DNA of 47,257 bases from a virus. The notes beneath the pieces are model-generated. The model had not been told where the DNA came from and ran no database searches. It worked only from the letters and a program-made list of their open reading frames with translations. Where the stretch lies: the UHGV virus genome UHGV-1363571; one strand, 5' to 3'. This document shows positions 1-8,940 of this stretch, in pieces. Positions within the stretch are counted from its first letter, which is position 1; the number at the start of each line of letters is the position of its first letter. Both the position numbers and the translations under genes were made by a program.

Positions 1-40
1 ATCAATTCTTTTCCGATTGCATTTTATAGACGAAAAAGCC

Positions 41-80
41 CGTGGTTGACACGTTTTTTGAAGTCTTTGTGTCAACCACG
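41..80. repeat. Perfect 12-bp inverted repeat (cgtggttgacac ... gtgtcaaccacg) with a 16-nt loop in the left host flank; possibly a host terminator or operator
   Basis: Read directly: 41-52 is the reverse complement of 69-80. An A-run precedes it and a T-rich stretch follows. Confidence 0.35.
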
Positions 81-153
81 GAAATATTTTAAAATCAATA
101 AATCTTAAGAATACTTAAATATTATTGACGGTTTTACAGGCTTTGTCGGCATT

Positions 154-175
154 TTTGTTGTAAGTGTGTTGTAAA
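154..175. repeat. attL core: 22-bp direct repeat tttgttgtaagtgtgttgtaaa
   Basis: Identical 22-mer at 154-175 and 47214-47235. Flanks diverge immediately on both sides. The lysis module lies inside at the left and the integrase inside at the right. Confidence 0.8.
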
Positions 176-213
176 TAGAATGTTTTTATTCAATAAGATT
201 GATACAATATTCA

Positions 214-245
214 CCCCTCAGAGAACGATCTCCGAGGGGATTTTT
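214..245 (+). terminator. GC-rich hairpin (cccctc...gagggg) plus T-tract just distal to the endolysin stop
   Basis: Inverted repeat followed by atttttatt on the plus strand, with an A-run on the other side. It may act bidirectionally to end the late operon. Confidence 0.5.
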
Positions 246-246
246 A

Positions 247-1221
247 TTAGAATAACTGGAACCGATCAATTGCCTGTCCGAACGCTCCAGCATATCCGTC
301 CTGCCCGTTTCCGGTCTCATTATCATACTGCCAATCCCAGTAAGCTCCATTTACAGGGCTGACACGGTACTGGGCTTTCTGGTAGCCGTATTTTGCGGCA
401 TAATCCGCTGGAGTATTGTAGTACACCTCGATTGCGTCAATCGGCTGTCCTGTACCTGCATAACCATTGTTGTGATCATTCCAGTTGCATCCGGTAACAT
501 AAGGCAGCCACCCTCTTCCTATCACATGAACTCTGTATTTTACGGATCCCTTGTCTACCTTAATAGCTACATCCGTGATGCGCTTACCCTGTATCCCGGC
601 AAAGTCTGTAAGATTCCGCACGCACGGCAAGATGCGTCCGTCCTCCAGTTTGACAGCATAAGTAAATACTACTTCTGGCTGTTTCTGTGCAGCTTGAGCC
701 TGCGCCTGTCCTCCAGATACATAAGTTGGCGGCGTGACATTACCACCCATGTACTCCTTAATCCGTTTAATAAAGTAGGATTTTGTAGCTTCTCTGCCAC
801 CGTGAATCTCCACAGATCTGTGAGGGCAAGATGTAGCATACACTTCCTGATGTAGCCTTATCGTGCTTGTACTTGGTGTGATTCCATATTGCTTGCACTT
901 CTGCGCTGCCAACTGCAATGCTTTTTCCTCATTTGCTTTAAATACATCCAGATCGCCCATGCTCTGACACGTTTCGATGCCAAGATAATTTAAGTTCCCG
1001 TTTGCGTCTCCGCAGTGCCAAGCGCAATTCCAGTCATCCTCTGCCTGTAAGATGCCATCCTGTGCTACATAATAGTGCGCAAATCCATTTTCAAGCGGAT
1101 GTGTCTGCAGCCAATTTCTGTAAAATGCTGCATTGGCGTTCTTGCTTCCAGCGTCATTGTGAAAAAAGATACCTACCGGATTTCTCCCTCTGTTTCCTGC
1201 TACTCCACGACAAATACTCAT
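247..1221 (-). CDS. Endolysin: N-acetylmuramoyl-L-alanine amidase (amidase_2/PGRP-like) with two C-terminal SH3-like cell-wall-binding repeats
   Basis: Start refined to MSICRGVAG with RBS GGAAAGGAG. Amidase_2-like N-terminus. Duplicated GYAG-containing C-terminal repeats. Last gene of the lysis cassette. Confidence 0.7.
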   Translation of the reverse strand: MSICRGVAGNRGRNPVGIFFHNDAGSKNANAAFYRNWLQTHPLENGFAHYYVAQDGILQAEDDWNCAWHCGDANGNLNYLGIETCQSMGDLDVFKANEEKALQLAAQKCKQYGITPSTSTIRLHQEVYATSCPHRSVEIHGGREATKSYFIKRIKEYMGGNVTPPTYVSGGQAQAQAAQKQPEVVFTYAVKLEDGRILPCVRNLTDFAGIQGKRITDVAIKVDKGSVKYRVHVIGRGWLPYVTGCNWNDHNNGYAGTGQPIDAIEVYYNTPADYAAKYGYQKAQYRVSPVNGAYWDWQYDNETGNGQDGYAGAFGQAIDRFQLF

Positions 1222-1284
1222 ATTTTCTCCTTTCCGTGCGATGTCGCACAATAAAAGAGAGCCTGTTTCCAAGCTCCCATGAAT

Positions 1285-1533
1285 CTATTTATATGTAAGT
1301 GCCCTCTCTGAATCTCCTGTTCCCGGCGTTGTTGGGTCTACCACTACACCAAGGATCGCCAGCACTGCAAAGAGCGCATTGATTACGGTTAACAGCTTAT
1401 CCCCAAGGTCTCCAAGGTCGATGGTAAGCCCAAACACTGCCGCGATAGCCTGTACCAACAGCAAGAGTGCCGGGATCAGTGCTACCCAGAAAGCCTTGTT
1501 TTTAATTCTTACAATCCAGTTAATCTTCTTCAT
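1285..1533 (-). CDS. Holin, phi LC3 family-like
   Basis: N-terminus MKKINW.VRIKNKAFWVAL followed by two TM helices. Sits directly upstream of the endolysin. Confidence 0.65.
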   Translation of the reverse strand: MKKINWIVRIKNKAFWVALIPALLLLVQAIAAVFGLTIDLGDLGDKLLTVINALFAVLAILGVVVDPTTPGTGDSERALTYK

Positions 1534-1548
1534 TTTTCATTCTCCTTT

Positions 1549-1830
1549 TTACAAATACATTGCTACTACAGCCCCGATCACGGCTCCGATCAGTGCTGTC
1601 ACGACCCCATCCCACCGTTTGGCTGGTGTCTGCTCCAGATGTGTCACTTTTGCGGTCAACTGCACAAGGGTCTGGTTCATAAAGCCAACTTCTTTTGTCA
1701 GACCTACCATTTCTTGCGCCAGTTGATGTACCACATTCACAACGTCCTCCGCTTCTTTCATTCGGTGTTTTAGAGAGCCGATTTCTTTTCCGTGCTCTGC
1801 AAGTTTCACTTCTACTTCATTTTCTGTCAT
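1549..1830 (-). CDS. xhlA: XhlA-like lysis-associated membrane protein (coiled coil plus C-terminal TM)
   Basis: About 90 aa, coiled-coil N-terminus, hydrophobic C-terminus GVVTALIGAVIGAVVAMYL. Position between XkdX and the holin matches the PBSX xhlA-xhlB-xlyA order. Confidence 0.5.
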   Translation of the reverse strand: MTENEVEVKLAEHGKEIGSLKHRMKEAEDVVNVVHQLAQEMVGLTKEVGFMNQTLVQLTAKVTHLEQTPAKRWDGVVTALIGAVIGAVVAMYL

Positions 1831-1912
1831 GTCTTTCCTCCAGTTTTAAAGTATAAAAATAAGACCATCACGGTCTTGCTCTGATCTCCATATTCGCCAC
1901 CTATAAAAATGT

Positions 1913-2095
1913 CTAAACAGTCGGTACTTCTGCGTAAGTTGTCTCCGCCAGAAGTGTCAGAGTTGCGTATTCTTCCTCGCTGATGCGGTTCATAGCGAAA
2001 TAGACATCCAGTTTTGCAACTGCTTCATCCTTTGTGTTGTAAAACTTCTTTTCAATTAGATTTGTCATTAATTTTACGATTACTGTGTTATTCAT
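1913..2095 (-). CDS. xkdX: XkdX family small phage protein
   Basis: 60 aa with an ISEEEYATLT motif typical of XkdX. Located between the tail fibre and the lysis cassette. Confidence 0.5.
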   Translation of the reverse strand: MNNTVIVKLMTNLIEKKFYNTKDEAVAKLDVYFAMNRISEEEYATLTLLAETTYAEVPTV

Positions 2096-4508
2096 GTTTC
2101 ATTTCCTCCGCGTTTTCTAAAATGTTATTTGTGTCGTTTTCTATCATCGCTGCCTGTGTCTCCATAGGCATTAAAGATAGCAGATTTGCCGTATTTAATC
2201 GATATTGTCTTATAATGCTCGCCACTTTAGCAGATACTTTGTTATCGATGTAGTTCTTGGTGTCCGCCGTATATGTTACTTTAATGTCTGGGTCAAGCTC
2301 CCCTCCGTCCGCTGTGATGACTGTGGTTGGGTAGTAGGTTTTTAATGCTCGGATAGCGTTCTGCTCGGATTGTGGGAGGGGGATGAATTCGGTGGTTTCA
2401 GTTTTATATGCAAGATGTAATGGATGCGATTTTAAATATTCCTTAATTGCGCTTGTCGTACTGCCATATATTGCTTGTGTATTTAGAGTATATGCATAAG
2501 TGTTTGGTGACATATTAAAATTAATGCATGGTTTTTCTTCTCTACTAACATATTGTTTTAATTCCTCACAGTATCCTTCTCCTGATTTCAGTTTCTTATT
2601 ATTCAACAAGAAGCAGAAACCATTTTTATAGATTGCAACAGATGCATCACCTCTATACTCATTAATTGCACTCTGATACAACCATCCAATCTGTCCACCA
2701 TGCTCCACCAGTCTGTCCCACTTTGTGAGAGGGCGGTCGGATGTGAGAGTGAGTGTTTGTAGTTTTCGGTATGGTTCGTATGTGGTTGATACAGACCCAA
2801 GTTCGACCTGTATGTTATTCAAATCTTTTGTCTCCCCATTTAACCGGAAATATGAGATTCCTTCTTCTATTGTCAATTGGCCTGATGTTGCTTGAATATT
2901 TTTAACAAACAGTTTATCTTTGTTATATAACTTGCATCCGACTCCTGTGCTTTTTCCACTTATATACACTTTGCCTTCGGCAACAGATATGAAATCGGAT
3001 ACAAACCAGCCTTCTCTCGGACTCTCCATATCAGACGCGACACTGCTGAATTCATATCCTTTTTTCACACTGTCTTTATTAAAAAGATTCTTCCCTGTCA
3101 CTTTCACATTCACTTCATACTTCTGTGTTTCCTCATTCCACTTCCCAACATTTTTGATTTCCTGCTGATATTCTGGGGATGGGGAGGGTTCTTGTGCCTG
3201 CTCCGTCTTCCCACCAAGCTCCAACCTCTTATTCACTCTTTCTGCACTATCAGGTATCACAAGAGGGCTTTCTCCACTCATGGTATTTATGATTGCAATT
3301 CCGTCTCCACCGCCACTCTGCACCTCTCCGGGTGCAACATTGCCGTCTTCGCCGATCACAAGAACTTTACCCTTGTTCTCGATTCCCTGCTGTTTATTCA
3401 GCTTAGTTTCCATTTGTGTCTGGAAATCTTCTGGTATGGACTGCAATACCTCTGCGCCTTTGTCCTGTACGGCTTTGACCTGTTTTGTTCCCTCTGCGGT
3501 AACATTTCCGGTCTGAGTGTTTCCCTCTGTCTGTACGGATTGTACCGCTTCGGTTTTCGCTGTTTCCACGGCTTCTATGGCTGATGCCTTAACGTTCTCC
3601 ACGTTCTCAACCGCTTGCGTCCCTGCGCCCTCTACGGCTGTTTTCTGGGCTGTTCCAGTCTGTGTAACCTCTTGTACCGCACTCTGTTTAGCGGAGTTAA
3701 TCTCCTGTACGCCAGTCTGTACTACTTGCGTGATTCCGCTTGCCGTCTGCTCCACACTGTTCTTCATTTCTTCCACAGCAGTTCTGTGCCCTTCCGCCGC
3801 CTGCTCAGATTCCTTTGCTTTTCGGACAGATTCTTCCACCGTCTTGACCTGTTCAGACACATCCTTGACGGTTTCCAACATCTTGCCAACTTCTACACGG
3901 TCTTCTGCTGTCTGCTGTGCGTCTGCTTCTGTTTTCGTTGCCGCCGCCTGTGCTTTGTTACTCAAGTCCTCGACTTTTTTAACCTGCTCTGAAATATCAG
4001 TAACAGTTTCTACCATCTTAGCCACTTCTACTCTGTCCCGCGCTGTCTGTTCTGCGTCCTGTCCGGTTTTGTTGGCGGCTTCCTGTGCGGTATGCCCTGC
4101 CTTTTCTGCCCTGTCTGCGGCTGCGTTGACAGCTTCAATTGCCTGCCCGAACAACTCCTTATCCTCAGGTGTATCGTAGGCTTCCGGCTTTGCCCGCTTG
4201 GTGACGAGCATGTCAATCTGGTACTCCGTGTTGCCGGATGCTGAATCTCTGAGATAGATATAGGCTACAAGGTTTTTCCCGGTCTCGATTAGTGAGTCTG
4301 GTATAACAACATCCGTCACGCCGTCCTTTGTTGTTCCAATTCTCGCAATGGATTCACTCGCTCCTGCAACCGCAAAATCCACCTCCACTGCAGTTGGTAA
4401 ATCAAGTCCTTGAATTCTCAATATCTGTCCGTAATCATATTGCCAAACGTCACTTACTTTGGTGTGGGTGGAATCTTTAAAAATTGCTGTTACTATTTTA
4501 TTTTCCAA
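2088..4508 (-). CDS. Tail fibre / receptor-binding protein with a long alpha-helical repeat region
   Basis: 806 aa. Internal tandem repeat of about 48 aa (AQEAANKTGQDAEQTARDRVEVAKMVETVTDISEQVKKVE versus AQAAATKTEADAQQTAEDRVEVGKMLETVKDVSEQVKTVE). Last structural gene before lysis. Confidence 0.55.
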   Translation of the reverse strand: MENKIVTAIFKDSTHTKVSDVWQYDYGQILRIQGLDLPTAVEVDFAVAGASESIARIGTTKDGVTDVVIPDSLIETGKNLVAYIYLRDSASGNTEYQIDMLVTKRAKPEAYDTPEDKELFGQAIEAVNAAADRAEKAGHTAQEAANKTGQDAEQTARDRVEVAKMVETVTDISEQVKKVEDLSNKAQAAATKTEADAQQTAEDRVEVGKMLETVKDVSEQVKTVEESVRKAKESEQAAEGHRTAVEEMKNSVEQTASGITQVVQTGVQEINSAKQSAVQEVTQTGTAQKTAVEGAGTQAVENVENVKASAIEAVETAKTEAVQSVQTEGNTQTGNVTAEGTKQVKAVQDKGAEVLQSIPEDFQTQMETKLNKQQGIENKGKVLVIGEDGNVAPGEVQSGGGDGIAIINTMSGESPLVIPDSAERVNKRLELGGKTEQAQEPSPSPEYQQEIKNVGKWNEETQKYEVNVKVTGKNLFNKDSVKKGYEFSSVASDMESPREGWFVSDFISVAEGKVYISGKSTGVGCKLYNKDKLFVKNIQATSGQLTIEEGISYFRLNGETKDLNNIQVELGSVSTTYEPYRKLQTLTLTSDRPLTKWDRLVEHGGQIGWLYQSAINEYRGDASVAIYKNGFCFLLNNKKLKSGEGYCEELKQYVSREEKPCINFNMSPNTYAYTLNTQAIYGSTTSAIKEYLKSHPLHLAYKTETTEFIPLPQSEQNAIRALKTYYPTTVITADGGELDPDIKVTYTADTKNYIDNKVSAKVASIIRQYRLNTANLLSLMPMETQAAMIENDTNNILENAEEMKHE

Positions 4509-4534
4509 TGTATGCCTCCTTTGCTCAATTCAGC

Positions 4535-7468
4535 TTAGTTTTCCGTTATCCAAGTTGTTGTTAGCATCCTTTCTAGGTACGACTCATTCTCCACATCTAT
4601 AGCTATTGCGCCGTTTTCTTTTATTATGTACCTGCCTGTTCCGAATATTTGTCCGTTGGAAACCTCGCTGATTGGTGCCAACACTTCTATTGCCGGTCTG
4701 TATCCGTCAGGGATTCTTACCTCTTGTATTTCTTCAATTCTTCCTTTCCACGGGAACTGTGCTTTCATAATGATCGTGCACGTTACAACAAAAGCAGTTC
4801 TTATAAGCTTTATTCTGATGGAATTTGATGGATTTATTTCCGGGAATGGTCCCTGCTTTGTGCCAGAATCATATTTGCTGTACGAAGACAAACCAATTAA
4901 TGGGTTGTTTCCGTTTTGTGCATATATATCTCCGTCTGATAACACAAGCTTCGAACGTCCTCCGGTATTTTGGTTTATATATGCTAGACCTTGCATGGAA
5001 AAAGTCATATTTGCAGGATTGCCTCCCGAGTCCTTACCGGAAAATGCAAGGGAAGCGGAATTAAGTTCCATCGTGCTGTCGACAACTCCATTATCAATCA
5101 ATTTGCTTACGATTTTCCCTGCGTCAATATCTATGAGCATGATCCCGTTTTTGCTTTTTATCTTACCTGCTGTTAATTCGCCGGCATTCACTGCGATCGC
5201 ACTTAATGTTTGCACGTCCAGATTCTCGACCGATACGTAATGCAGCACCCAACGACTTCCATCCCATCTTTTAATTGGTTCTCCACTTGCTGTCTGCCAG
5301 AGCTGTCCTACTTTTGGATTTTCCGGGGGTGCGGGAGACACGATGATGCCGGATGTTCCGTCCTCTCCATTCTGGCCATGCACTCCGATGATGACAGGCG
5401 TTGTCTTGGTAGAGGTTCCATTTGTGTAAACGATTATCTCGTAGCTCCATAAGTATTTTTTTGCTTCCGTCATGGTCTGCATTGTCGTAGTCCATCCAGG
5501 CGTATTTACCGTAATCCCAGAGTTTTTTTCGCTTGCCAGATAATACTTTGTGACATTCTTAATCCCTACACCGTCTGCGCCGTCCTGTCCGTCTTCACCT
5601 TTAATCTTAGTCCAAGCATACTTTTTGTAGTCTGTGCTGTCTGCCTGTGTAAAATCGGTATACTGTCCGATGTACTGCTTATTTGTGCTATCTGATACCG
5701 AAAAATCTTTTGAACCATCTGCACTGTTGGAATAAGCAACGTGGAAATAAGGTGTTCGGCCGTCTGTTCCCGGCTTCCCGGGCACTCCGTCCGCTCCATC
5801 CGCTCCCTTAATCTTACTCCATGCGTACTTCGATGGATCTGTGCTATCCAATAGTTCAAAATCCACATACATTCCGATATATTCCCGGTTGCTGTCGGAC
5901 ACGGAAAAGTCCTTCGTTCCATCCGCACTGTTTGCGTAAGCGATATGGGTGTACTGCGTTCTTCCGTCTGTCCCTGGCTTTCCGGGAATCCCTTGTTCTC
6001 CAGGTGGCCCTTGTGGTCCCACAGGTCCCTGTTCTCCATCATCGACTTTAGTAATCGTAACCTCGTAATACCCGCGTTTTATCCCATTTTCCAAAGCCTC
6101 AAACGAGTACACCGCCTTTGTATCCACGTCCGTAGCATTTACCGTAACGCTCTTACCAACATAAAACTCGTGTCCATCCTTGCTCCATCGGAATTGTAGC
6201 TTGTCTGCCACATCCACGCCGTTATCGTAAGCGTAAGCTGTCAGAGTAGTGCTACCGATGCCATTTTTAAAGATAATGCCGTTGTTAGTGGAGATGGAAC
6301 AGGTGTAAACTTTATTTTTGGAAATCAAGTCCTCCATCCTCTTAATGAGATCGCCGGATATTTCGGACATCAGCTCTTTGTAGTTTGTAAATACCGTCTT
6401 TGCTGTTTTTGGATTGGTAAGACTGCGCACCTGTTCGGACACTCTCGCCTGTAGATAAAGCACTGGTGTCCACTCCTGATCCTGCATCCTCACGATGTCC
6501 CCGATGTTGGTATCGAAGTACCCGTCCACCTCGTAAGTCACTACTGGTTCGGATGCTGTTTTAAGATCAGACAGAGCCATGCTATAGAGCTTGTCCTTGC
6601 TGTCTGTATCGTACTCTTTCCGCAGCATGATATAAGCATCGTCCTTGTTTACGATGTTGGACGGGAATCGATCTCTTGCCTGCGGTGCCCGGATGAGTGC
6701 CACGTCTGTAAAGTACTCGATATTCCCATTCTCATCATACTCTTTTTTATCCAGTCCATTGATCGTCAGCCCGTCTTTCCCGGTCGGCTGGATACAGGTG
6801 TAAAGCTTCTCGGCATCTGTGGTTTTACGGATTCCGGTAATTCCTTTCCCGTACCGCAGTACAATGTCATTCCGGTATTCTCCGACTCCGCTGTCTGTAT
6901 CTGAGTGTTTCCGATATACATTTAGGACAATCTCTTTTAAAGAGTAGTCTCTGTTCAATACCGTCTCAAATTCGATCTCCGCAGAAAATACATTGGCCAG
7001 AGAGAATAATCTCTTTAATACAGACGTTGTGCCTGTCCACTCATTAGTGATCCGCTTATCTGATACCTCGTTAAGCCCTAATTTCAGCGTTCTCTCCGCA
7101 TCAAATACGGCAAGGTACTCTTCAAAGCTCATTGCTTTTCCAGCTTTGTATTCGCCGGCATCCTCGTTTATAAGCTCAAATGACAGAGACCATGCCGTAG
7201 CGGTAATTATCTTCTCCGTCTGATCGGTATTTACAATATTTAAGTAGTAAGATTTACCCTTGTATGTAAAGGCTACCTTGTTTCCGACTGTAACATGTTC
7301 TGCGTCTGGATGTTTTGCGTTTACCGTAAAAGTGTACGTATTTGCCGTACCTTGTAAGTATTCGTGCAGCTCGTCTCCCCAGTAGTGCATGGATTTTTTA
7401 TGTGCATTATCCATAAATGCTACTTGTGTGTTATTTGCGCTTAAAATCGCAATTCTAATGCTGCCCAT
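4535..7468 (-). CDS. Tail-associated endopeptidase / Tal (prophage tail family) with collagen-like Gly-X-Y segments
   Basis: 977 aa. Prophage_tail-like N-terminal domain. GEQGPVGPQGPPGEQGIPGKPGTDGRT and GADGADGVPGKPGTDGRT collagen-like repeats. Follows Dit. Confidence 0.65.
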   Translation of the reverse strand: MGSIRIAILSANNTQVAFMDNAHKKSMHYWGDELHEYLQGTANTYTFTVNAKHPDAEHVTVGNKVAFTYKGKSYYLNIVNTDQTEKIITATAWSLSFELINEDAGEYKAGKAMSFEEYLAVFDAERTLKLGLNEVSDKRITNEWTGTTSVLKRLFSLANVFSAEIEFETVLNRDYSLKEIVLNVYRKHSDTDSGVGEYRNDIVLRYGKGITGIRKTTDAEKLYTCIQPTGKDGLTINGLDKKEYDENGNIEYFTDVALIRAPQARDRFPSNIVNKDDAYIMLRKEYDTDSKDKLYSMALSDLKTASEPVVTYEVDGYFDTNIGDIVRMQDQEWTPVLYLQARVSEQVRSLTNPKTAKTVFTNYKELMSEISGDLIKRMEDLISKNKVYTCSISTNNGIIFKNGIGSTTLTAYAYDNGVDVADKLQFRWSKDGHEFYVGKSVTVNATDVDTKAVYSFEALENGIKRGYYEVTITKVDDGEQGPVGPQGPPGEQGIPGKPGTDGRTQYTHIAYANSADGTKDFSVSDSNREYIGMYVDFELLDSTDPSKYAWSKIKGADGADGVPGKPGTDGRTPYFHVAYSNSADGSKDFSVSDSTNKQYIGQYTDFTQADSTDYKKYAWTKIKGEDGQDGADGVGIKNVTKYYLASEKNSGITVNTPGWTTTMQTMTEAKKYLWSYEIIVYTNGTSTKTTPVIIGVHGQNGEDGTSGIIVSPAPPENPKVGQLWQTASGEPIKRWDGSRWVLHYVSVENLDVQTLSAIAVNAGELTAGKIKSKNGIMLIDIDAGKIVSKLIDNGVVDSTMELNSASLAFSGKDSGGNPANMTFSMQGLAYINQNTGGRSKLVLSDGDIYAQNGNNPLIGLSSYSKYDSGTKQGPFPEINPSNSIRIKLIRTAFVVTCTIIMKAQFPWKGRIEEIQEVRIPDGYRPAIEVLAPISEVSNGQIFGTGRYIIKENGAIAIDVENESYLERMLTTTWITEN

Positions 7469-8940
7469 TACAAGTATACCTCCCTTATTTTTGCTTTAAT
7501 CTGCGGCGGCGGAGATGAAAAGGAAGAATAACAGAACTGCACTTCTGTTGTTCCGGGTGGCACTTTAAAATAGTCCGTCCCCGTAATCTCATCTCCCTTA
7601 GCCACCATCCCATTAACGTAGACCTTAGTACTCTCCCCGTCTATAGACACCACGTCACCGGCACGATATCGGTTCGGCACATCCTGATACTTATCGACAT
7701 TGTCTTTCCGAAATCGGATGCTTTTTAAATAATTGTGCGTAACGTACTGGTTCGAAAGATTCCGATCTCCCCACTGTCCGATCCAGACCTGTATCTTCTC
7801 ACATTCCATGTCCTTGATCTCCGGTATATTTCGCTCCATGTAAGTCCCATACCAAAAAATCCGCAGCTTTTCTCCCTCTTTTAAAAAATCATTATGACCG
7901 CCACCCATCTTTAAATTAAACGGGTTTCCCTCATAAGCTGTCGGCTGGAATTCCTCTCGTCTGATTAAGGTGTTCCCTGGGGCAAACCACTCGATACGCG
8001 CCGTATTACCAACCGTATCACTCTTGTTAATAGACATGGCGCATATCACCTTGTTATCTCCAGTCAGGAATGCAATGGTCTGCGCTCCTGTCTGTCCCAT
8101 CAAGCCGGTTTCGAACCAGTGCTGCGTGTAACAGTAAAAGTTCTTTGCCCCACGTCTGCCCTCGCTGTCCACTGGGATAGTAAGTGTTCTCATTCCACCG
8201 TTCCAGTATCCGGATGTTGCTTGTCCACCTTTTAATGCCATCACGTTGTATCCGGCAACATTCCTTACTTCAAGCGTTCCCTGTGTGGTATTCTCTGGAT
8301 TTTGGCAAGACGTTCCATGATCGTCTTGAAACAGGTTGTATCCATCAAACAGGTTTTCAGACGCTTTGTAATTCTCTCCGTCTGCTTCTTCCTCTTTCCC
8401 TAGCTGGATCACTCCGTACTGGCTCACAAGTCCGATAAATCCGTTTTCATGATTGTGCGTGATCTTATAGTCCACGTCTGCCCATTCGGTACCGTTGTTT
8501 TGAATGGTAATGGTCTGGTAGCCGTTCTGTTGGACGCCAGTGAATTGTTTTTCTGCGGTAGAGTATGCTACTCCGTCCGGGATTAACCATGTAATTGTTC
8601 CCTCTCCCAGAAATTCTGTTTCTTCACTGAATTCTAAAGTACCACACGGAATCGCATAAAAGCATTTGTTCGGAACATTTCCAAACACTAACTTTTTTGG
8701 TTCATCTACTTTTAATGCTTTCTGTAAAGCATCGTAATTCTCTTCCAGATTACCCTCAATTGTAAACGGCATCACAATTTGTTTGTTCTCGTATGACGTG
8801 TAAGCAAAATCACTTCCATTCTGTTTTTCCGCCTTCACAAACGATGGATTCCAGTCAGCACCGACAAACGGTGTAAATCCCTGTAGTACTTTGATATACT
8901 TTCCTAATTCGATGTCATTGAACTTCACAGAAAGTGTCAT
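7468..8940 (-). CDS. Distal tail protein (Dit)
   Basis: 490 aa, immediately downstream of the tape measure and upstream of Tal. Start and stop overlap the neighbours. Confidence 0.55.
   Translation of the reverse strand: MTLSVKFNDIELGKYIKVLQGFTPFVGADWNPSFVKAEKQNGSDFAYTSYENKQIVMPFTIEGNLEENYDALQKALKVDEPKKLVFGNVPNKCFYAIPCGTLEFSEETEFLGEGTITWLIPDGVAYSTAEKQFTGVQQNGYQTITIQNNGTEWADVDYKITHNHENGFIGLVSQYGVIQLGKEEEADGENYKASENLFDGYNLFQDDHGTSCQNPENTTQGTLEVRNVAGYNVMALKGGQATSGYWNGGMRTLTIPVDSEGRRGAKNFYCYTQHWFETGLMGQTGAQTIAFLTGDNKVICAMSINKSDTVGNTARIEWFAPGNTLIRREEFQPTAYEGNPFNLKMGGGHNDFLKEGEKLRIFWYGTYMERNIPEIKDMECEKIQVWIGQWGDRNLSNQYVTHNYLKSIRFRKDNVDKYQDVPNRYRAGDVVSIDGESTKVYVNGMVAKGDEITGTDYFKVPPGTTEVQFCYSSFSSPPPQIKAKIREVYL

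Noticed and set aside
180-362. 60-aa plus-strand ORF just inside attL
   Set aside because: It overlaps the terminator and the 3' end of the endolysin gene on the opposite strand and has no RBS.
3192-5240. Plus-strand ORFs inside the tail fibre and Tal genes (3517..4179, 4626..5240 and others)
   Set aside because: Same reasoning: Cys/Ser/Leu-rich antisense translations with no start context.
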